Below, one piece after another: positions 1-9,658 of a stretch of DNA of 64,000 nucleotides. Each line of letters starts with the position of its first letter. The first letter of the stretch is position 1. The position numbers were made by a program, and so were the translations under genes. The notes beneath the pieces are model-generated. The model was given only the letters and a program-made list of their open reading frames with translations. It had not been told where the DNA came from and searched no databases. Source of the stretch: a virus; the IMG/VR virus record IMGVR_UViG_3300045988_149331, positions 32,001 through 96,000 of that record. The stretch is one strand, 5' to 3'.

Positions 1-1062
1 CGACTTGCCCTTCTTCATCTTAGCACCGTTCTTGTCGCACTGCTCGAAGCCTTCGTCGTCCTCCTCGGTCTCCTCTTCGGATTCCTCCTTCTTGCCGGCC
101 TTGGCATTCTTCATGTTGGCGGCGTTATGACGCGGCTCGTCGTGGGTTTCGTCTTCCTCACCCATCTGGCCGTCGGCGTCATCACCCTTTTTCACCTCTT
201 CGTCACCTTCAGCCTTGGCGCCTTTCGGGGTAATTCCCAGAGCGTCATAAGCCTTCTCGATGTCCTCGGAAGTGATGGATTTTCGTTTGTTCATAACCGA
301 TATGTTTTTGATTAAAGTGTATACACCTTGTGCGTTCGGTATTGTAATATTTGGAATGTCCTTGAAGATACATTCCATGACGGAAGATTTCGAGAAGGTT
401 TGTTTCTTTGGCTGGCCGTCAACCGATTCAGGCATCAGCGCTGCGCCGGACTCAGTGGTCAGAGCCTTCTTCTCGGTTTTTCCACTGCGCTCTTCAGCGT
501 TATCGTCCTCTTCCTCCGCATCAACGTCGATACCGTCAGCGTCGATCTGACCCTTGATGATATTTACGAACGTATGGGGGTTTTTGGGCATATGGGTTAC
601 AGCGACGCCTGTGATAACGGCCTTGACGATCTTATTGTAGAGCGGCGAGTTCTTGTCGTTAGAACCACGCTTTACGACCTTACCCTCGATGGAATACCCC
701 AGACGGCGCGTCTTGCTGTCGTGTTCGAGGGTTTTGGCCAGTTCATATACCTCGCACGCCATAGGCGACGAAGCGTACAGGTCGCTCTCGATCCAAAGAC
801 CTTCAGGACGCAGTTCCACCTTTGAAGGTTCGCCAATGATAGCCGACGGGGAGTTCTTGGCCTGGTGGTGCCAGTTTACCATGCCTGACTTCTTCAGCGG
901 GTCAACGTCGAAGCCTGTCGGGTCCAGGTATTCGCCATCAGCATCCTTATCCATAGTGGAGGCAATACCGCCAATACGCATAACAGGTTCGCCTGCTTCG
1001 TCGGTGGCCTTCTCGATGCGTCCGATGGGGCACCAGAAATTGAATTTATCGTCCTTAAACAT
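1..1062 (-). CDS. Prohead protease (HK97/S78-like) fused to an acidic scaffold-like C-terminal region; 3' end runs off the window
   Basis: Absent from the ORF track because there is no stop inside the window. ATG is at 1062..1060 and the frame stays open for 354 codons down to base 1. N-terminus reads MFKDDKFNFWCPIGRIEKATDEAGEPVMRIGGIASTMDKDADGEYLDPTGFD. The WHHQ and LGYSIEGKV blocks resemble the His/Ser blocks of HK97-family prohead proteases. The distal half is D/E/K-rich like a scaffold. Confidence 0.6.
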   Translation of the reverse strand, partial: MFKDDKFNFWCPIGRIEKATDEAGEPVMRIGGIASTMDKDADGEYLDPTGFDVDPLKKSGMVNWHHQAKNSPSAIIGEPSKVELRPEGLWIESDLYASSPMACEVYELAKTLEHDSKTRRLGYSIEGKVVKRGSNDKNSPLYNKIVKAVITGVAVTHMPKNPHTFVNIIKGQIDADGIDVDAEEEDDNAEERSGKTEKKALTTESGAALMPESVDGQPKKQTFSKSSVMECIFKDIPNITIPNAQGVYTLIKNISVMNKRKSITSEDIEKAYDALGITPKGAKAEGDEEVKKGDDADGQMGEEDETHDEPRHNAANMKNAKAGKKEESEEETEEDDEGFEQCDKNGAKMKKGKS

Positions 1063-1140
1063 GTTTACGATAGTGTACTGTTATCAGCGTTATATTTGTA
1101 ATGGCGAATCGTGTTGACGTGGGCCCAAACACGCCCCCAT

Positions 1141-1169
1141 TAACAAAATCCCCGTAACTGAGGGATTTT
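1141..1169 (-). terminator. Putative rho-independent terminator after the 589-aa gene
   Basis: 8-bp stem AAAATCCC/GGGATTTT (1145-1152 and 1162-1169) with a 9-nt loop. On the minus strand it is followed by TTTTGTTA. Confidence 0.4.
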
Positions 1170-1261
1170 CTTAGATATTGGCATATACGGTTTTTATTCT
1201 CAGAATATCAGAGGGATTTGCAAGATTGTTCGAAATAACTACTGTATAGGCCCTTCTTTTG

Positions 1262-3031
1262 CTATCCGAGTACAAAGATATGCTTGAGATACACCTGTAG
1301 GCCAGGATAACCTTCTAATAATCCAGATGTACATTGGAAATCAAGAACTCCAGCTGCACGACGGCGAACGTTTATTGAGCCATTGGAGCTGGTTGCGCTA
1401 TCAAAGAATCCCGCAATTGTATTCCATGAATTGTGCGCCGAAGGTAAATCGTAATATACGACCACATTTCCAGACGGACTAAATCGCCCATCGCTGTCGG
1501 CCATTTCGAAACAAAGCATTAATGTTACCCCGGGCGATAATTTTGCTAATTCGGTAGATCCATAGGGGATGATTGCACCGTTGCTTTGGTTGAGTTCTAC
1601 ATCCGATCCTGGTAGCTTTATTACCGTTTGTGCTCCTCCGCCGCCTAATTCTGTCCATTGAGCAGTAGTTCCGTTCGTCGAGCCGGAGAAAGTACGGCTA
1701 CCATCAGCTGTTTGGAGCAGATAGGTGTATAAAACAGGCCCCGATGAACTCCTAAAACAATGACCGTATAAAGGCGCAGTAACACCTGAAGGTCCCCCTA
1801 CGATTGTGCCTGCTGTACATATGATCACTCCTTGACCTACAGCCAAATTTCTTATGCTAATATTCGTAGGGTTATTGAAATTAGATACCTGTATTTTTGT
1901 TGCTGGCAGGTCTTTGATAGCAAGACTTACTCCCGTCATATCCACAGCCCCAGTTGTTGCGTTAACGGCGATGCGTTGTATTGCAGCATTAAACGTTGAG
2001 CCAGTACCTACCGAAGGGCAAATAAAGACATATTGATCGGTTTCAGCGCTGTCTTGAGATCGGATAAAGTCTAACTGACCGTAGTCTGCCTGATCGGGGG
2101 TACTGAATATCATACGGAAGATATCGGCAACCTTAACGAATTTCAAATCGCCAGTAGGCACACCCCCGCCTTCGCCGTATGTGAATTCGTATACTGAGGC
2201 TTCGATTCCTGTGGGAGTGCCAAGAATACTCCAGTTCGTAGCGTAAATGTTCGTAGACTGGTAAGTATACAGATACGAACGTTTATAAGTATTGATTGAA
2301 ATAGAGGTACCAACGTATTTAATCGACGAAGCAGAAATTTTTACAGCATAGCCTACCAAAGCCGAGCCAGGTCCGTTAGCGGCGTCATCGGCGCTCGTAA
2401 ATGTGAACATCTCGCCAACGGCAATATCACCCATCACGCAATTGCTGAAAGTGTTACTCTTAAAATCAGTAACCGTCAGATATTTCATGGCGCTGCCGCC
2501 GCTGCCGCCGCCTCCGGCCCACTCCATCATTACACCCATACCACCCCAGTCGTCATAAGCGGTCGAGTGCAATTTCTTGATGATTGCTTCGTCTGTCAGA
2601 GTTTGGAGTGTAAGCCACGCCATGGGGATACTGGACGAAGGAATGACGCGAATATAACTGTCGGTAAGATGGAAAATTTGGAGACCGTTCGTGCCTCCGG
2701 TTTCGGCGTTCGTTCCTTGGAGTATATTGACAATAAACGCCATTTCAGGTTTTCCTGGTGCGCCTGACGCGAGATTCCCTGTCACGATACGCAGACGTCC
2801 GATATTCGCCGCTGCGGTCAGTAGTCTGAGCATGTCCCAAAGTTTTACCTTGCTATCGCCGTATGTAAAATTGTTGGAAATGGGCAAATTGCCAAGCGAC
2901 GGATCTTGCGAAAACGTCAACGCCGCAATCTGGCTTGTGTTGATCTTGTTAGACTCAGAAACCTGAATTTCTTCTTGTCCGCTGGCTGAAGACTTCAGCG
3001 TCAACGCAGACATGTCAATAAAAGTAGGCAT
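1262..3031 (-). CDS. Hypothetical virion-module protein with three Gly-rich linkers
   Basis: 589-aa ORF sitting between the cargo genes and the prohead protease. Gly linkers are GGGGSGGS, GEGGGVPTG and LGGGGAQ, each followed by a beta-rich segment. I recognise no enzyme motif. Confidence 0.6.
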   Translation of the reverse strand: MPTFIDMSALTLKSSASGQEEIQVSESNKINTSQIAALTFSQDPSLGNLPISNNFTYGDSKVKLWDMLRLLTAAANIGRLRIVTGNLASGAPGKPEMAFIVNILQGTNAETGGTNGLQIFHLTDSYIRVIPSSSIPMAWLTLQTLTDEAIIKKLHSTAYDDWGGMGVMMEWAGGGGSGGSAMKYLTVTDFKSNTFSNCVMGDIAVGEMFTFTSADDAANGPGSALVGYAVKISASSIKYVGTSISINTYKRSYLYTYQSTNIYATNWSILGTPTGIEASVYEFTYGEGGGVPTGDLKFVKVADIFRMIFSTPDQADYGQLDFIRSQDSAETDQYVFICPSVGTGSTFNAAIQRIAVNATTGAVDMTGVSLAIKDLPATKIQVSNFNNPTNISIRNLAVGQGVIICTAGTIVGGPSGVTAPLYGHCFRSSSGPVLYTYLLQTADGSRTFSGSTNGTTAQWTELGGGGAQTVIKLPGSDVELNQSNGAIIPYGSTELAKLSPGVTLMLCFEMADSDGRFSPSGNVVVYYDLPSAHNSWNTIAGFFDSATSSNGSINVRRRAAGVLDFQCTSGLLEGYPGLQVYLKHIFVLG

Positions 3032-3068
3032 ATTTCTATGATTTTATGAATTTACAAATTTATAGTTG

Positions 3069-3593
3069 TCACGCCATTATTTCAACGTGTATTGCAGGCT
3101 CGTTGGCGTCAATAGAAACCTTCGGACTGTCGTACTTCGTATCGCCAAGCGGCGTAATAATTTTACGGCACTTTTCTTCTTTGGCCAATGCTTTGGTGAA
3201 GTCGCGTGGGTTTTTCATGCGGGTGATCGACAGATCGATGATGTTGCACTGACGGTACAACTCCTCCGTGGTGCAGTGGAGCGAAACACGTTGCCCCATT
3301 GAGGCTTGACGCTCGATTTCAGCTACCATCAGTTTCTCAACCTCAGACCGGGCCTGCTTTTTGCAGTTATCGTCAAAAACCTTCACAACAGCTGCACCGG
3401 GGGCGCGATAACGAATGCGCTTGCCGGCGCACAGGTTGTCGGCCATAGCCTTGGCCTGTGTTTCGGGGGTGCGCAGCGTGGAGGTAATGACGATATCGGG
3501 GTTGTTGGTATTATCGGCGACGCGGCTGATAAGGTCTTTCACCGTGTCGTTAATCGCAAACGCCGACTTGTTAGCGTATGTAATATTTGCCAT
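3069..3593 (-). CDS. Putative VanY/peptidase M15-like (Hedgehog/DD-peptidase fold) cell-wall peptidase
   Basis: ITSTLRTPETQ resembles the SGYRS..Q block. SLHCT...IIDLS resembles S.H..G.A.D with an insertion. EPAIHVEI resembles EpWHf. All matches were made by eye only. Confidence 0.4.
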   Translation of the reverse strand: MANITYANKSAFAINDTVKDLISRVADNTNNPDIVITSTLRTPETQAKAMADNLCAGKRIRYRAPGAAVVKVFDDNCKKQARSEVEKLMVAEIERQASMGQRVSLHCTTEELYRQCNIIDLSITRMKNPRDFTKALAKEEKCRKIITPLGDTKYDSPKVSIDANEPAIHVEIMA

Positions 3594-3987
3594 ACGGAAT
3601 TGTGATTTTGAGTGCTTCTACACTGATTGAGTTCGTATTCATCCAATCCAGCAAGTAGTCCGACTTATCGGCATTGCTTAATTTTACAAAGTCCGCAGGC
3701 GTCACGGCGCGTTTCGCCAGGTACTCCTTGAATCCTTGTTCCATGAGGGCAATACGCTGCCCCTCCATGGCTACCTTCTGGAACAACGGCGACAACTCAT
3801 CGAGAGTGAGAGTTTCCTGAATAGCCTTACGAAATTCCCGTGCGTCAATGTCATTCAACATCGGGAATTCGCCGCGGAACGGTATAAGTTCCGACGGGCG
3901 TTTACGATCGATGTATCGCGACGCTGCGCCTCCTACAACGGAGGTCGTCAGATTGCGCGGTACACCATATTTGCCTTTGCTTTTCAT
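3571..3987 (-). CDS. Hypothetical protein
   Basis: 138-aa ORF in the tight minus-strand array. It overlaps the next gene by 23 nt. Confidence 0.55.
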   Translation of the reverse strand: MKSKGKYGVPRNLTTSVVGGAASRYIDRKRPSELIPFRGEFPMLNDIDAREFRKAIQETLTLDELSPLFQKVAMEGQRIALMEQGFKEYLAKRAVTPADFVKLSNADKSDYLLDWMNTNSISVEALKITIPYGKYYIR

Positions 3988-3990
3988 GGC

Positions 3991-6372
3991 TTATTTCCTT
4001 GTAATTATTTTCGAACGGTTGAACACGATCATGAACGAGTTTCCGCAGTGATTACCGTTAGGCTGGATCATGGCGTCATAACCCTTCAACGCAGCGTATA
4101 CACCCAATACCTCGTCACACGATCGTGCGGCTTGATATATTCCGGCATAAATGTCCTTGTCGGGATTTCCGACGCTGTTGGTAGCCAATTTTCGGGCTGC
4201 ATCACGCTTTTCCTGATAGATACGGAAGGCGTCAGCGCGTTCCTTTTGAAGACGGTTTACTTCGTCGTCGAGATTATTGACAGCCTCCTTGACAGCTTCT
4301 TCGATACGGCCGTAGTGCTCGCGCATGATCCATTCCTTAAACTGGCGGACGGGATAGTTGTACGGACGTGAAAAGCCGCTTTTGCGCTTAATAGCGTTAT
4401 TCTCGTACCGGTAACGCGAGAACAGAAAACGCTCCGTAGTATTCGGCATTTTGATGACCAAATCACCACTCCCGTTGTTCTTCTCGGTAATAGTACCGCC
4501 ATTGGCCGTTACCCAGCCGCGGAGGTGGTTGTTCACGAAATCGTCAAATTTCATATAGTCCGGGTTGCCGTCATCGTCGATAGCACCCCAGTCGATGATC
4601 TGATCAATCTGCAACGGGATGTCCTTGTAGGCAAAGTCGTCCCAATGCATGTTGGCCTTAACCTGCTTTTCGGTAGTGTTGGTTAGGGTGTTCAGTTCTT
4701 GAGACAACTTGTTGTAGTTATCCTCCGCGTCTTGCTGCTCCTTAAGAGCCTTCTTGGCTGCAGGAGAAGTGGTGAGCGGCAGTTTCTGAATTTCATCACG
4801 AGCGTCTTGAACGGTAATCACCTTGGCGGAATCATCCAGTACAGCTTCGATGATAGCCCCGTTGTAACCAGCGTAACCACGGGCGTTTTTGTAAGACGAT
4901 GTGTGCTTGTACCCCGACGGCGTTTTATTGGCGTTATCAGAATCGTTGACGTGGAAATAGATTCCTTCGCCGTAAATACCTTGCGTACCGTAGAAACACG
5001 CGTCGTTGTACTTGAAGTCGTCAGCGTAATATTCCGTATCACTGCCGCGCACATTAACGCCACGGAACAGATGGTATTTTGACTGCGCCACCTTGGCCCA
5101 GAAGGTATTATCATCTACAACGTCAGGACGCACATCGAAACCGCGGGCCTTGCAAATATTGGACAGCATCTCCCATCCTACCTGATTATTGGTATTGGTT
5201 AACTTGTCCGCAGCACTGATTCCGCTGACGCTACTGTAGATTTCCGCCAACTCATCATCGGTGAACTCGCGGTACATTTCCGCATCCGGTTTCAGAGTTC
5301 GCGGCGCAACCTTTCTTTGCTGGCGTTGCAACTCTATCTCGTACTGTCCTCTGATGCGATCAAGGTCTTTGAAACGAGCCTCGATGATAGCACGCATCTT
5401 CGGTTTAGAGGCCAATTTACCAGCGTCGAAAAACGCCAACACCTCGTCTTTGCGTGCCTTTAAGGCGTCAATTTGGTTGATAAAATCCCGCGGCGTAAGG
5501 TTAGCTACAATCTGTGGGTTGTAGCGAACCATGCCGTCCCAGTCGATTTGACTGTTAAAAGGCTTATTGGCGCCTTGTGCTCGGTAGTCGAACGTACCGC
5601 CGTTATCCACGCGATAGACTTTGCCGGCGGCGTCAACCAAGCAGTTGTCATTCTGGTAGATATCCCAGTTGGCCAAAAAGGCATCAACGGCGAAGCCTTT
5701 GGCCATAGCGTCATAGTCCTTGGCCTGCGGCTCACTCATACCGCGCATGTACGGCGAAATAAGCGTCAAATCGGTTCCGTCGTCGTACATTTCATATTCT
5801 GGCGTGTCGAGCCCCAAGAGGTCATAAACCTGCGCGGCGTAGTATTCTGCAGCAACGTGACCGCGATTAGTGTTTTTAGAACTCTTGACGACAAACTCAC
5901 GCCCCTTAGAGTCCTTCATGAGTTTGGCTCCAGTACTACCGCCGAGGTCCTGCACATAGGTGAGGTCTGAAGGATCGGCAGGGAACATCTCGTTCAACTG
6001 CTTCTCTTCCTGAGCCAGCATGGCTTTAGAACGAAAGGCTCCTTTTCCAATAGGTTGGCCGTTGGCGGTCTTGTAAACTCGCCAGTCGTACGTCGTCTTG
6101 GCGTTAGGAGTCAGCGTCCAAATGTACACCACGCCATTCACGACCTTGGTCTGGCCAGGCATGATGGCTTTGGCTATCTCGGGGTCTTGATCGATACCGT
6201 GGATGTGGTCATACACCGATTTGGCGACGTACAGGTTGTACGAATAGTCGTCAGCAAAGTCTTCAGACCGCGCCTTATACGCTTCACACGCCTTCTCCAG
6301 TACGGCATCAGATATCTCGCCCTCAGCGTTACGGAGGGCGAAGACATCGAGTGCTTTTCTGAGTTCATCCAT
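3991..6372 (-). CDS. Multidomain 'polyvalent' protein: PI3K/PI4K-type-II-like kinase domain, PARP-like ADP-ribosyltransferase-like domain, coiled coil and a C-terminal GYDAM module
   Basis: Kinase-like: GREFVVKSSK and DAFLANWDIYQNDNCLVDAAGKVYRVDNGGTFDY, compared with the PI4K-II blocks NTDRGNDNWLI and IDNGLAFP. ART-like: YHLFRGV, YGEGIYFHV and YNGAIIEAVLDD, compared with PARP LFHGS, GxGIYFA and YNEYIVYD. C-terminus: LKGYDAMIQPNG..MIVFNRSKI. Confidence 0.55.
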   Translation of the reverse strand: MDELRKALDVFALRNAEGEISDAVLEKACEAYKARSEDFADDYSYNLYVAKSVYDHIHGIDQDPEIAKAIMPGQTKVVNGVVYIWTLTPNAKTTYDWRVYKTANGQPIGKGAFRSKAMLAQEEKQLNEMFPADPSDLTYVQDLGGSTGAKLMKDSKGREFVVKSSKNTNRGHVAAEYYAAQVYDLLGLDTPEYEMYDDGTDLTLISPYMRGMSEPQAKDYDAMAKGFAVDAFLANWDIYQNDNCLVDAAGKVYRVDNGGTFDYRAQGANKPFNSQIDWDGMVRYNPQIVANLTPRDFINQIDALKARKDEVLAFFDAGKLASKPKMRAIIEARFKDLDRIRGQYEIELQRQQRKVAPRTLKPDAEMYREFTDDELAEIYSSVSGISAADKLTNTNNQVGWEMLSNICKARGFDVRPDVVDDNTFWAKVAQSKYHLFRGVNVRGSDTEYYADDFKYNDACFYGTQGIYGEGIYFHVNDSDNANKTPSGYKHTSSYKNARGYAGYNGAIIEAVLDDSAKVITVQDARDEIQKLPLTTSPAAKKALKEQQDAEDNYNKLSQELNTLTNTTEKQVKANMHWDDFAYKDIPLQIDQIIDWGAIDDDGNPDYMKFDDFVNNHLRGWVTANGGTITEKNNGSGDLVIKMPNTTERFLFSRYRYENNAIKRKSGFSRPYNYPVRQFKEWIMREHYGRIEEAVKEAVNNLDDEVNRLQKERADAFRIYQEKRDAARKLATNSVGNPDKDIYAGIYQAARSCDEVLGVYAALKGYDAMIQPNGNHCGNSFMIVFNRSKIITRK

Positions 6373-6378
6373 GGCTGG

Positions 6379-8136
6379 CTATTCGAACAACAGGGTTTCT
6401 GCCTTTTCGATCGACATTTCATCAACGTGGAGTGCGCCAAGATCAATCTCTTTGGCCTTCCACGTATCAGGGATCATGTCTTCAGCACCGAGTGTTTTGG
6501 CGCGACGCTTGATCCAGCGGCGAGCGCGTTCGGGGTTCTTAGCGTTGCCGGCGAGGCGGATGGCATTCTTCAGATCAGACTTGTTGCGGATCGGGAACGA
6601 GCCGTCGGGGAGGGCCTCCTTTTTCTTGGCGAGTTTATCGCGCTGCTCTTCGGTGAAATCGGCCTTTTCGAGCGATTCTGCGCCGTTAAGTAACTGCTCG
6701 GCCTTACTGATCGCGTCGGAGGTTTCGATCGGTTGAATGGCCTCATACGCGAGACTCTTCGTCAGCGCACGCACGGCACTCTTCTCCCACTCCTTTTGCT
6801 TCGCACCGATGAGGTTCGTCCACTCACCGCCCTGTTGGGCCATACGGTTAGAACGTTCCGTAGAGCGTTTTTCTGACAGAATGGTACCGAAAGTACGGGT
6901 GGTAAACTTGGCGGGATCGATCTTATCCTTATTCTTGACGATCAAATCGAACAGCTCTTGGCGTTCGGCCTTGTCCTCTTCAGGATCGTCAAGGTGAGGT
7001 GCCTGAGGTACGTCCATACTGGCGAATCGGTCTTTTAGTACCTCGATAGTTTCATCAACCGTCAGGTACACCTCCGACGAAAGCGTAGCGCGGCTGATGA
7101 TAGCTTTAGTATCTTCGTTCTTGGCGAGGTTCACCAAGTCCTTGTTGGTCATGATGATGATACGTCCCGTGAATACGAAATTCGACTTGACGTCTTCAGG
7201 GTCGCCGACGACGCGTTTACCACTGGCGGCAGTAGCTTTCTTCATGATAGAAGCCAGGTCGGCGCGGGTGATAACGGAATCGGTATCGTCGAACAGCAGA
7301 ATCTTGCCGTTGTGGGCCTTGAGTACGCCCAACAGCTGCTTCTTGGAGTTGATATCACCAAGTTCAACGTAGTCATAATCGCCGTCGCCAGGGGCGTCGG
7401 TCTCAGCGTCAAACGGACGCTTGTTGAGCAGTTCGGCGATCTTCTTGAAACCGTACGACTTACCAACGCCTGCGCCTCCGGCCGAGATCATGAAGCGTTG
7501 CTCCTTGTTGTCCAAGAACTCCAGATACTGGCGGTTCAGGTCGTACATTACCTCAACGGGCGGCTGGTAGTCGGGGTCCTTACGCTTCATCTTGTAGACG
7601 AAACGGTCGTAGGCGATACGGTCTTGGCGGTTCTGGAGTTTGTTGAATTTCTTCTGAACACGCGGGTCCTCGGGGTTGAGGAACCAGTCTTCCATAATCT
7701 CGCCATCGACGTTTTCACCTTCGCCGTCGTTAATATCAACCTTGTCTTGGGCGTTAGTAGGCGCAACGTCGTCCTGCTTGGAGGTCATCTTCAGCAGCGC
7801 GTCGAGTGTACCGGAGGTATCAACAGCCGAAGCGTCGAATTCGTCACGCGTCTTCAACTCCTCATAGGCAATCTTACGCAACTGCGCGTTGCCCTTGGGG
7901 TTGTTTACTACTTTGAGCAGATTGTCTGCGGAGGTACGCTTGGCCCACTCTTCAAGGCTGGCGGAACCGCCAGCAGAACCCGATTTACCTTCGTCGGCGG
8001 CAGGAGCCTTCTTGTTCTTGGCGTTTTTGTCGAGACGCCAGTTGAACTTTCCTGGCTTGTATTCGGTCCAAACCCACGGCTGTGTAGGGTGGTGGTCGCC
8101 GACGTTGTGTTTTGCTTTTTGGATAATGTCTGACAT
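6379..8136 (-). CDS. AAA+/P-loop ATPase with an N-terminal leader shared with the ART protein
   Basis: Walker A is ISAGGAGVGKSYGF, Walker B is KILLFDDTDS, and a sensor-1-like IIIMTNKD follows. The C-terminal module is DGSFPIRNKSDLKNAIRLAGNAKNPERARRWIKRRAKTLG. Confidence 0.65.
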   Translation of the reverse strand: MSDIIQKAKHNVGDHHPTQPWVWTEYKPGKFNWRLDKNAKNKKAPAADEGKSGSAGGSASLEEWAKRTSADNLLKVVNNPKGNAQLRKIAYEELKTRDEFDASAVDTSGTLDALLKMTSKQDDVAPTNAQDKVDINDGEGENVDGEIMEDWFLNPEDPRVQKKFNKLQNRQDRIAYDRFVYKMKRKDPDYQPPVEVMYDLNRQYLEFLDNKEQRFMISAGGAGVGKSYGFKKIAELLNKRPFDAETDAPGDGDYDYVELGDINSKKQLLGVLKAHNGKILLFDDTDSVITRADLASIMKKATAASGKRVVGDPEDVKSNFVFTGRIIIMTNKDLVNLAKNEDTKAIISRATLSSEVYLTVDETIEVLKDRFASMDVPQAPHLDDPEEDKAERQELFDLIVKNKDKIDPAKFTTRTFGTILSEKRSTERSNRMAQQGGEWTNLIGAKQKEWEKSAVRALTKSLAYEAIQPIETSDAISKAEQLLNGAESLEKADFTEEQRDKLAKKKEALPDGSFPIRNKSDLKNAIRLAGNAKNPERARRWIKRRAKTLGAEDMIPDTWKAKEIDLGALHVDEMSIEKAETLLFE

Positions 8137-8171
8137 ACGTTGTGCAGTTTTCCAGATAAATACTTGGAAAT

Positions 8172-8981
8172 CTACACCTCCACCGCGTCAAAGTCAATAT
8201 CAAATTTCTTGTACACAATTCGCAACTCCGGTACGCCGTTAATTGGCTTCTTCTTTTCGTCAATACGAGCGTTCAACGGCCAGCGCTTGAGTATGATGTC
8301 GTGCGCCCGCTGCACGCGCTCCTGGCGTTCGTATACGTCTTGGAGACCGCCGCCCTGGTTGGCTTCCTTGTTCATCTTACTCTGGAGAAGGAACCGCACG
8401 AACCGCGCGTAGACGATTCCCAGGTACATGCATTTCAACGAATAGTCGATGTCGCATTTCAACTCCAACTTTTCGTCAAAGTCCAGTTCCAGCGTCCGTA
8501 GCCCCTTGAAGACGATCAAGTGTGGAATACCGCCGTACTTGAAGCGCGGGCTGACGTCGGTACAACTCCAGTCGAAGGCGCTCTTGCCCATCGTTCCATA
8601 CTCAAAATCGGTTTCCATGACCTCGCGATCAAACTCCTCAAAGAACTCGCTGAGTTCTTCCGGCGTTTTCAACGACAGCCCACACTTGGCTTCACCGTCG
8701 ATCGAGTAGAAGAAGTTGGCGATGTCGTCATCCATCACCACCACCGGGTGGTTCTTGCGGAGGTAGGTGTTCTTGCAGAAATTTACCACGTAGCTGTAGC
8801 CGCGGTTCGAGGCCGGCAGCACAATCAGCCGCTCACGGGCGTGACCCGCTTCGACGTATTTTTCAACGTCCTCCTTTTCGACCACAATATTGTAGTCAAC
8901 GCCGCCCTTTTCCAACAGTTTAGTCGTGACGCACTTGGGGCGGTTCTTGGACACGACGAAGAATTGACAGTTCATACTCAA
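8172..8981 (-). CDS. GT-A-like glycosyltransferase-like protein (DxD type; resembles TET/JBP-associated glycosyltransferases)
   Basis: FFVVSKNRP...LIVLPASNRGYSYVVNF...PVVVMDDDIANF, followed by a late GGGLQDVY block. Same architecture as the paralog at 25887..26702. Its stop overlaps the upstream gene by 4 nt. Confidence 0.4.
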   Translation of the reverse strand: MSMNCQFFVVSKNRPKCVTTKLLEKGGVDYNIVVEKEDVEKYVEAGHARERLIVLPASNRGYSYVVNFCKNTYLRKNHPVVVMDDDIANFFYSIDGEAKCGLSLKTPEELSEFFEEFDREVMETDFEYGTMGKSAFDWSCTDVSPRFKYGGIPHLIVFKGLRTLELDFDEKLELKCDIDYSLKCMYLGIVYARFVRFLLQSKMNKEANQGGGLQDVYERQERVQRAHDIILKRWPLNARIDEKKKPINGVPELRIVYKKFDIDFDAVEV

Positions 8982-9658
8982 AAGGGTAATTCACCTTCGG
9001 ACCATATTTCCTCGGGTGGGTTTTGTTCTATGAAACGTTGATATTTGTCTATCGTAGGCTCCAGCGACGGGTAGAACCTAAAGGCAAGTTCCCACTTGAC
9101 GTCAAACATATCGTCGCACGGGACTTTGCGCTTCATCAACACATTTTCGTTGTTGTAGCACTGAATTGTGACTTGCTGACGGCCACGCGAAGTGTACGAA
9201 TAGGGAAAGTCGCGATAGTACTCAGCCAGCGAAACCGTATCTTGAACAACGTCGTGAATGAACTGATTGAAGGGGTGTCCCAGCCCCAACGGCGCCAATA
9301 CGGTATAACCACGGTTGCGTCGTAGGAAACGACGCAAATGGTCGCGAAGCGTTTGTTCGGCGAAATTAAGCGTGTCAGTTCCGTATTTAGTTCTGAGGTA
9401 CGTATAGACGCTGGAGAGATTAAAGTCCTTGAAATGGTCGCCAAAATCGCTACAAATCGCATCTTCGAACCCAGTGTCGAAGACATCCATCGTAATACCC
9501 ATGAATTCATAGAGCGATCGCTGTTCTACAACGCGGTTTGGGTCGCTATCTACAGTAAGCACCCGAACGTCATATTCGGGTGCTACTAAAACGTGACAAG
9601 CGCTCATCAGGAGATCACCCGCGTGAGGCTCGACACACAGGTACTTTATTTTTCCCAT
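8978..9658 (-). CDS. LmbE/PIG-L-like putative de-N-acetylase
   Basis: N-terminal YLCVEPHAGDLLMSA compares with the PIG-L AHPDDE block. The later LGLGHPFNQFIHD compares with the HPDH block. It is translationally overlapped with both neighbours. Confidence 0.4.
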   Translation of the reverse strand: MGKIKYLCVEPHAGDLLMSACHVLVAPEYDVRVLTVDSDPNRVVEQRSLYEFMGITMDVFDTGFEDAICSDFGDHFKDFNLSSVYTYLRTKYGTDTLNFAEQTLRDHLRRFLRRNRGYTVLAPLGLGHPFNQFIHDVVQDTVSLAEYYRDFPYSYTSRGRQQVTIQCYNNENVLMKRKVPCDDMFDVKWELAFRFYPSLEPTIDKYQRFIEQNPPEEIWSEGELPF

